From Chrysomallon squamiferum (Eukaryota; Animalia; Mollusca), in the NCBI GenBank assembly GCA_012295275.1, contig CM022677.1, forward strand, positions 26,040,001 to 26,104,000: a stretch of 64,000 nucleotides of DNA, written 5' to 3'. The notes beneath the pieces were generated by a model. The model did no database searches. It had not been told where the DNA came from and worked only from the letters and a program-made list of their open reading frames with translations. The position numbers and the translations under genes are program-made. Positions 55,839-64,000 of the stretch are shown in pieces (the first letter of the stretch is position 1; the number at the start of each line of letters is the position of its first letter).

Positions 55839-56014
55839 GGAAAACTTTAATTTTTCTTTGTGATTTGTGGTTAAGAGACTGATTTTTCTACTTTCAGTAC
55901 AGCGTGGATGGGATTAGTGTAAAGAACTACACATTACCTGTTAACCCGGAACTCTTCGCCACGCTGGAAATAAAGGACAGAGTGTCTATACAAAGTCTGA
56001 CATTCATATACTGA
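46946..56014 (+). CDS. Predicted secreted chimeric galectin C (~382 aa): signal peptide, PAN/apple, truncated EGF-like, sushi, sushi, galectin CRD
   Basis: Exons: 46946-47230 (or -47227; MRRVLPVLILTGCSGLLLSGA; PAN: QCKHLCERRSLCKSASYN..C), 48040-48124 (DVCRVNPCDDADVCVDVGYRTTCYAE), 48909-49085 (sushi, 177 nt as in B), 51201-51391 (sushi, 191 nt as in B), 53296-53384 (LPEPIGEGWKMVFNG), 55383-55587 (FPMNF..THIDVRF..KVVFNSMING..FPF..PFSVVIV..FQ), 55898-56014 (YSVDG..IQSLTFIY*). Intron phases are identical to gene B. Confidence 0.9.
49086..50550 (+). repeat. 53-bp minisatellite, ~27 copies, each unit starting with the donor hexamer GTGAGT
   Basis: Unit gtgagtacaattaagtattacaccgtcttgtcacgtgatatgtgcacatgaca. 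The first unit starts at the real donor, 49086. Confidence 0.96.
51429..52930 (+). repeat. 20-21-bp minisatellite, ~70-75 copies, ~40 bp after the sushi-2 donor of gene C
   Basis: Unit acactgtaacactaagctat. Confidence 0.96.
53400..54300 (-). mobile_element. GC-richer intronic insert, possibly a degenerate LINE ORF1-like fragment
   Basis: There is a sharp compositional change. Broken minus-strand frames give FVRDERQDDVKSTAELFEE, LCKDEIRRSTF.. and CARKRAVFKYGDQFLRKSPRLAMSGVFTERLSRKKQAQ, loosely like the C-terminal region of CR1/L2-type ORF1p. No RT, TSD or poly(A) was seen. Confidence 0.3.
54590..55135. repeat. ~25-30-bp variable (TAG)n-based minisatellite in an intron of gene C
   Basis: gttgtaatgtatagtagtagtagcagta repeated ~20 times. 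Confidence 0.9.
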
Positions 56015-56073
56015 CGATGAATACAGAGGCGTCCATATGCATATAAAACATGCACAATCTCATATTATTCACA

Positions 56074-56115
<42 letters not shown>

Positions 56116-56319
56116 CATACACACACAAACGCATACACACACAGAGATATATGAATAAACAAACCTGCACAAACCCACATAAACATATGCACACAAAAAA
56201 CACCTACATATGTATATGCATACATACATATCTACATACATACATACACACATACAGACACATACACACAGACCTATAAATAAACAAACCTGCACACACA
56301 CAGACACACATATATAAAT

Positions 56320-56375
<56 letters not shown>

Positions 56376-58027
56376 ACAGATTCATCCACACACACACACA
56401 CGTACAGATGAACACAAATACACAAACATATTATATATTCAAATAGATACAGAATCATACCTGCATATACATATTTAAATATACATATAGAAACACATTC
56501 ACATGCAGCACACATAGATCTATCTGTCTGTCTATCTAATCTATAATCTACATTATATATTTATGTCTATCTATACACACACACACACACGCGCGCACAC
56601 ACTGATTAATGTATGTATCCAATTGTTTATTTACTTTGCAATCAATGAACGTAATGGCAAGATAAGAAAAACGTTCTATATTTTCTTGCACTAACAGAAA
56701 AATTCCTCTATACAGTATTTACTTTGATCAGTTCCTTCACCACTTACCACTTACTAAGTGATATAAACAATTCGTCAAATGAAAGATGGATTTAAAATAA
56801 ACTGAACCTTTGTCTTAAAGCCTGCCAGTATGGTTTTCAGTAAAGCAGTATGTATAATAACCATAGATTCAGTTACAGTAAATGTTTTAGAACATTCAGT
56901 TTAAATGATAGAAAATGTTTTAATGTATTCTGTTTAAAAAAAATTGGTACTGAAATCGCTAGTTCAATTTAGCAGATGTTCAAATAATTATATACAGATT
57001 TTTTTTAAATTAATACATTTTTTAATAAGTATTTAAATTCATTAATTGTACATGTTTTTTTTTTTTTTTTTTTTGTAATTTGTTTCAAATAAACTTGTAA
57101 CATAATAGTGTATGAAATGTTTTCTTCAGAAATAAAAATAAAAATATTGACGAGAGAGAGAGAAAATCACAGCTCACTTGTTTATTATGCTAAACAAAGA
57201 AAAACAAAACAGAAAGTTTTGTAATATTAATAAAAAAGAAACATATGGACATAAATTACCAGCTTTCTATATTATTATTGTTATCACCAGTGTCTGTATA
57301 TGTGCATGTGCATGTGTGTGTGCGTGTATACATACACACGCACGTGTTGAATGCTTGTTATTTTGCAGAACTGTATATACCAGATTCTGTTTATATATTT
57401 CTTTGCTTCTGTTTTGTTTTACTGTTGTTCTTATTTTGTTTTTTTGTTTGTTGTTGCTGTATGTTTTTTAAGAGCTGGCTTTTCAACATGAATTGACTTG
57501 AATGTATAAACAAATAATTGTTGTGTCAGTCAATAATGAGAAAAGTCCATGAAGAAAACAAATGTTATTTGAATAGCTGTAAAGTTTTGTTCTTTCCACT
57601 ATTCCAAAAACAAAAATTGTTCATCTGTTGTCTCATACTTGCAAAAATCATTTTCTGGTACATTTATAAATAATCCTTTTGGTTTGTTTGTTGTGCCGTC
57701 TTTTCTAAAAAAAAAAAAAAAAAAAAAAATTTGAGATGCTTCTTGTTTCTTTATCTGTTTGTTTAGATTTGTTTTATTTTTGATAATTAATATGTTTTCT
57801 AACTCAGAGAATTACAGGAAGATACTTGTTTTAATTACAGATTCCTGAACATTTTAAACACACACACACACACGCACACACAGTTACATCCACTCTCTTT
57901 ATATGCCTTTTATTATTTCCAAACAGAATAACACTTTTCGTTTAAAATAAATCAAATCAAATAAGTTCTGTAAAGCTTAAGCTGTGTTAAAGTTATTATG
58001 ATTTATCAGTGTATGTGTACCAGTTGT

Positions 58028-58084
<57 letters not shown>

Positions 58085-59316
58085 ATAATAGATAAATTCT
58101 ATACAATCTACTAACCAAAAGAGTAAATATAAAAAATACAACAAATAAACAAGTCTTTTCTTTATTATTAAAATTTATTTTCAAAGGTTAATGATGCATA
58201 AGAATATTTATGTGAGCAACTGGTGAAAAATACTGGTTAGATATTTAAAAGAATACAAAAATATAATCTATAAAATTAATTTTAAAATATATGCAATATA
58301 TTCAGTACAAAATAGGCTTCGGTTACATTTAAAAACGTAATAATTTTATAAAAAGATTATTTATTTATTTATTTATTTATTTACTATAAAGGTGGGTTTT
58401 TTTTTTATCTTATTTCACAGTCTAGTAATTTTGTACTGTCTGGTTTTGGTTTTCTGTAACTATAATAGGATTTAAATGAATAAGTAAAGTATTTTATAGG
58501 AGTAATTCTTACTTGATCCCTCATTCTAGTGTTTTCCATTTTTAACTGGAATATACCATAACTGCGTAAGTTTTTGAATGTTTAGACCTCAATTCTTCCT
58601 TGTTCTTTCACTGTCTTATTTCCCATTCTAACTAAAATAATTCCCATTTGTAGCTAATTTATTACAAGTGCTTATATGTGTTTGTAGCTAAAACCTGATT
58701 TAAAGTTTTACCAAAATATCATTCACAAGTCCTGAACCCAAAGTTTGTATCTATAAAATGAACAAGTGAATTTCATTACAAATGGTAATTAAAATATAGT
58801 TAGCTACACATTACAGACAGACACAATAATGATCATTATACACAAGACTACTTTTACAACACTACATATTTTTATATATAATCATATATATATATATATA
58901 TACTAATAAAAACCAGTACAGTGAAATGTCCTGAGGAATGTCATTAGTATATTTAAATTTCATTCTGTAAATGCATTCCACATTTAATTAACAAAACAAA
59001 ACAAAAAATAAATAAAATAAAATAAAATAAATAAAAATAAAATAAATGAAAGAGCTTTAAAAAGAACACAAATAAAAAAGAACACTCTGGAAAAAATAAT
59101 ATCACAATTATATAAACTCAGTATCAAAACACCAACAGAAATTGATTTAACAGGTGATACACAAACAAAATTTATTAAAACATTTATATAATAATATTAT
59201 TTTTGTAACTGAAAATTTATAAAAATTATAAATGCACATTTAATAAACTGAAACAATAGGGAAAAATGAAATGGAATGAATTGTTTTTTGTTTTTTGGAT
59301 GATTTCTTTTTAAAAA

Positions 59317-59347
<31 letters not shown>

Positions 59348-59664
59348 ATTAGTATTATTATAACAAAAATCAATAATAGTTATAATTAAAAATTTTAAAG
59401 AAAATATAATTCACATAACAATAATTATTACATTATTTAATTTTTAATACATAAAATCGTATTTTGATTTTCGTTATCTAATAATAATATCGTGCAAAGT
59501 AATATCATCTACTTTTATTAGAAATAATATTTACACGTAATGTAGATTACTAAACCTCTACTCATTAGACAAATCTTCTGTCGGGAGGGAAGAGCTATGT
59601 TAAATGATGTTATTCAAATTAGATTCACTTTGTTAGAAATGTGTTTGAAACTATTCAGCATTGT

Positions 59665-59794
59665 TTAGTACACTGGAAGCAATGGGTCACACTCGTAAAC
59701 GCCAATCTGAAAAACAGTAAAAAAAACAAACTTATGGAGATATTCTAGGATTTTTTATAATCAATTAAAGGACACTAACACACACATACACACA

Positions 59795-59880
<86 letters not shown>

Positions 59881-60466
59881 ATCCATTTGTTTCTTCATTT
59901 CCTTTCTATTCTTCAATTTAAAAAACTTTTAATATATAAATTGTTTAGTTTTCTACTCTCTTTTTTGTATCTGTATTAATAATCTACATTTCTTCTGTAA
60001 TTTCTTCAATATTTGACTCAATTGTAATGTTAAATAATTAAAAGGAGTTTCAAACAAACTCACCGTGTCCATTTGGCCACTGAATGCAGCATTCTTGCCA
60101 TCTGTTCCAAAGTCCAGGCCACACTGTGCTATAGCAATATTTGGGGCTGCAAATTAAAAACACAAGGTAACAGTGTAATGCTCCACTTAAATAAAAACTA
60201 GCTTGCTCTTTGGATATCCTTTCTTTCAGCACAATAAACCTTTTTTTAGTTTCTTTCTTTTTTCTTTATATATTATTATTATTATTATTTTTTCTTTTTA
60301 TTATTTTTTATTATATATATATGTTAAAGAAGAATTATTTGAAAATTAAAAAAAAAAATCCTTTTCTATTAAAAAGAAAAAAATAATTCATTGATAATTG
60401 CTTCCCAAACAATATAGATAATTTTTCACAAACACACACACACAATGATTTATGCTATATGTAATG

Positions 60467-60503
<37 letters not shown>

Positions 60504-60642
60504 CTTTTTTTTTTATTTCCTTTACTTTTCAAAACAGAAAATTATAGTTTGAAGATAAAAACTAGATTATATGATCAATGAACAGATTAATAAGTTCTTC
60601 TATGAATCAGTAGTGTATATGTGTGTGTGAGTGAGTAATGTT

Positions 60643-60702
<60 letters not shown>

Positions 60703-61242
60703 AAATTATAAAATACATTGACTTAAATGAATAAAACTCTATATATTTTTATAATTTCACGAGTAAATAAAAAGCTTTGTGTGCTATAATCTACATCAGT
60801 AACTGAATGATGAAAATAATTATTTTGATAGTTATCCAGTCTTTCACTGCATTTTTTGAAAAATGAGTGTAAACTAATATAGAGTTACTGCAGATGAAGT
60901 TAAGAAACGTTATAAATATCTGGGAACCACTGAGCCATGCAAAAGAAGATATAATAACATAAATGTTTAAGAATTATATGAATGAGAATATCATTAACTT
61001 AATGAATAATTCAACGAGAGAAAGAAACTCTGTAACTGTGAGGCACTTACCATAGATTCTGTAGACATATGTAGTTTTATCAGAGGTCACTCTTCCAGTC
61101 ACATATTTACCATCGTAAGTAAAAATCACATCCTTCCAGTTTTCAGATTTAAAATTCTGTTAGATTCACAAAATTTCAATAAATATTATTGTCATAAAAT
61201 ATTTCAAATTAGAAACACAAAAAACATAGAGAAACACACTTG

Positions 61243-61279
<37 letters not shown>

Positions 61280-63400
61280 CACTTATGTACACCAAAATAC
61301 ACATTTCAGGTTGATATTTCAATAAATATTATATCATCATAAAATATTTCAAATTAGAAACACACACACACACTCTAAGCTCACACTTATATGTACACCA
61401 ACATACACAACATTTTCACCAGGCAGCGAGGAAAGTGATGAAGATATCAATGCAATAAGAAAAGGAAATTATAAGCAAACGTGCATGAAAATAATGAAAA
61501 AGAAATCGAAACAAATACCAAAAGAGAATTTTATCATTAAAACAAAATGAAACAGAGAGATCAATGAAAGGCTTAAACAAGAAACAGAAAATCTGCAACA
61601 CAGTTGGATGACAAAAGAAGATGGACAAAAAGAAAAACATCAGCAAGGAACTTTAAGTGTTAAAAGAAAAAAAATAAAGGAAAGAGAGAGAAGATGATGA
61701 AAAGATGGTGGAATTGAAAAACAAAAGAATCTGCCAGCAACATAAGGATGACAGAGAAGGAGAAAGCTGCTGACCATAAATATATCCTCATGCAGAATAT
61801 TTGATGAAAAATAAAAGAAAGAAGAAAGAAAAAGAGAGACATTGAGTGAGATTAAGCAGATAAAAATACATACATCAATGGGGACTTTCATTTTGACTGG
61901 AGTTCCATACCAGTTCTTCATCTCAATCACTGTGTCTTGGCCATCAAGGGAGATCACCAGTGATGATGAGTCAGCTACTCGGCACAAAGGACTTTTGACG
62001 AGAACTTGTTTTGAAGTTTTCTGTTCCTTGTAGCTGAACTTTACTGTGATGGGGCATCCCTTGGCAGCTTCAAACAGAGCCACGTTTGTACGAATCAAGC
62101 CATTTCCACTGAAAATAGCCACACCATTTGCAATGGTTACATTACTGGTGGTGACGTCAATGCCTTGCGATGTTGTCAGGATGTTGGGGTTGGTGAAGTC
62201 AATGACCATTTTGGCTTTGCATTCTGAATTTATAAATAAGTGAAATTTGCATGATAATGAAAACAAGATCAATCAGTGTGTGTGTGTTTTTTGCATATAG
62301 CATATAATGATATAAGATTTATGATTTTCATTTCATGTGCATTTATATGGTCAACTCATTATCAGAAATAATGTTTTATACGAACATTTTAACAAAGGAA
62401 CGAAACATTTGACAAACAGCTGTGATACACATTAAGTAACATGCTAGGTATTTTCATATTGCAATTATTGTCATGACACACAGAAGAAACAACAATATCA
62501 ATAATGATGACGGTAATAACAATAATAATAATAACAAAAATGATAACAGCAACAACAACATCAATAACATAACAGATAACAATAATAACAAAAATAACAA
62601 TATGCGACAACAATGTAACAACCAAAACAATAACAGTAACAGTGAAGTTATATAAGCTGATTATTTAATTCTGAAAGTTACCTTTCTTGCCAGCTGGGGA
62701 GCATTCACATCCAACGAGATCGAAGTACAGACTGCTCTTCAAACAGCCAGATGGAGTCCATCCGAGAATTCCCAGACTGACTTCATACTTGTGTGTGTCA
62801 TTCCACAGTGGACGTTTCTCACAAACCTCTGCAGAATACACAGTCACTTGACGTTACACACTAAAATCTCAATCTTACAAAACTGATAGCAAAAGCCTCG
62901 ATATGACAAGAAGGAAATCTCAGTGTTATAGAAAGTAATAACATGTGAAAACCCTGATATGATAAAATTATGAAAACCTGGATGTAAATTATGAAAATTG
63001 TAATTGTTTTTTTATATGTATTATGATAAAATTTTGCAAAACTTCAATAAGGAAAATTTTAAAAAATCTTGGATAAAATGTGAAAACGTATATGAATAAA
63101 ACAAAAAACAAAAATAATTACCATCTTAGAAGATAACTATGGTCACATTTACTAGATGAATGTTAGTTAACCTAACTACAACTGCAGTTACTTAAAGTCT
63201 CCAAATTAACTCACCTTTGCCAGTACAGATGGTTGGACACTCATCTCTGCAGGTAAAGTCCACCTGGCAACCTTTGTTTTCTACATAGGCAAAACCTATT
63301 GGACAACACAGAGCTTGAGATTTGCCGTTAACACATGACCAGTAGGCTCGACAACTTCCATCCAGTTTGTATGTAGAAACACAGTCATCTTTGCATTTTT
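59665..63400 (-). CDS. 3' part of a chitin-binding (CBM14-like) + laminin-G/ConA-like protein, Pif/LamG3-like shell-matrix family; 5' end lies outside the window
   Basis: Exons: 63400-63215 (GSCRAYWSCVNGKSQALCCPIGFAYVENKGC..C), 62828-62682 (VCEKRPLW..C..FDLVGCEC), 62223-61874 (CKAKMVIDF..NVTIANGVAIFSGNG..), 61156-61051 (WKDVIFTYDGKYVTG), 60146-60064 (CGLDFG..FSGQMDT), 59706-59665 (IGVYECDPLLPVY*). The phases are consistent. The CRAYW-C..CC-G segment and the F-G-MD-I-VY-C-P terminus are typical of molluscan Pif-like proteins. Confidence 0.85.
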
Positions 63401-63547
63401 CTGAAGTTGTGAGAGCAGTTTATGTTGAATGCAATTTTAGTAAGTTCATTTTAACAATTAATTATCACATTTCAGTAGTTATCTATCACCAAGCATTTAC
63501 TGTGAAATCACTTTGCAGTTTTCTGAGACAGTAAATTATCTGAGCTG

Positions 63548-64000
63548 TCTATTAGTTACACTTTAAAACAAGTTTAACACTAACTTTAAGAACAGCCTGC
63601 ATTAGTTACACTTTAAAACAAGTTTTAACACTAACTGTAAGAACAGCCTGCATTAGATACACTTTAAAACAAGTTTTAACACTAACTGTAAGAACAGCCT
63701 GCATTAGTTACACTTTAAAACAAGTTTTAACACTAACTGTAAGAACAGCCTGCATTAGTTACACTTTAAAACACTGTGTAACTCTTACCATATAGACAGT
63801 TTACATTAGTACACTTTAAATAAGGTTTAACACTTATGTTGACAGTCTACATTAGATACACTTTAAAACAATGTATGGTCAGTTTACATTAAAACAAGGT
63901 TTAACACTTACATTACAGACAGTTTACATTAGAACACTTTAAAACAAGGTTTAACACTTACATTACAGACAGTTTACATTAGAACACTTTAAAACAAGGT
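63548..64000. repeat. ~51-bp minisatellite in an intron of the Pif-like gene, with two related unit types, continuing off the window
   Basis: attagttacactttaaaacaagttttaacactaactgtaagaacagcctgc x ~4, then a related cagtttacattagaacactttaaaacaaggtttaacactt unit. Confidence 0.88.

Overview
Eukaryotic, AT-rich, microsatellite-dense genomic DNA. It is most likely molluscan, inferred from a Pif/LamG3-like gene. Almost all tracked ORFs are microsatellite artefacts, so the genes below were rebuilt by hand from GT-AG exons with consistent phases. (1) A ~22-exon ankyrin-repeat gene on the minus strand (CDS 19791->4702) with a ~25x VETSPP repeat near its C-terminus. (2) A cluster of three intact paralogous genes for predicted secreted chimeric galectins: 23900-26833 (+; signal peptide, Cys-rich coiled coil, sushi, galectin), and 38018->31003 (-) and 46946-56014 (+), both signal peptide, PAN/apple, EGF-like, sushi, sushi, galectin. 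Each has a differently altered sugar-binding motif, and pseudo-exon relics of a further copy lie at 40.2-41.2 kb. (3) The 3' part of a chitin-binding + LamG (Pif-like) gene on the minus strand, running off the right edge. Several intronic minisatellites start at, or copy, 5' splice sites. The secreted PAN/sushi-galectin cluster is the best candidate for an undescribed system, but novelty cannot be confirmed without database searches.
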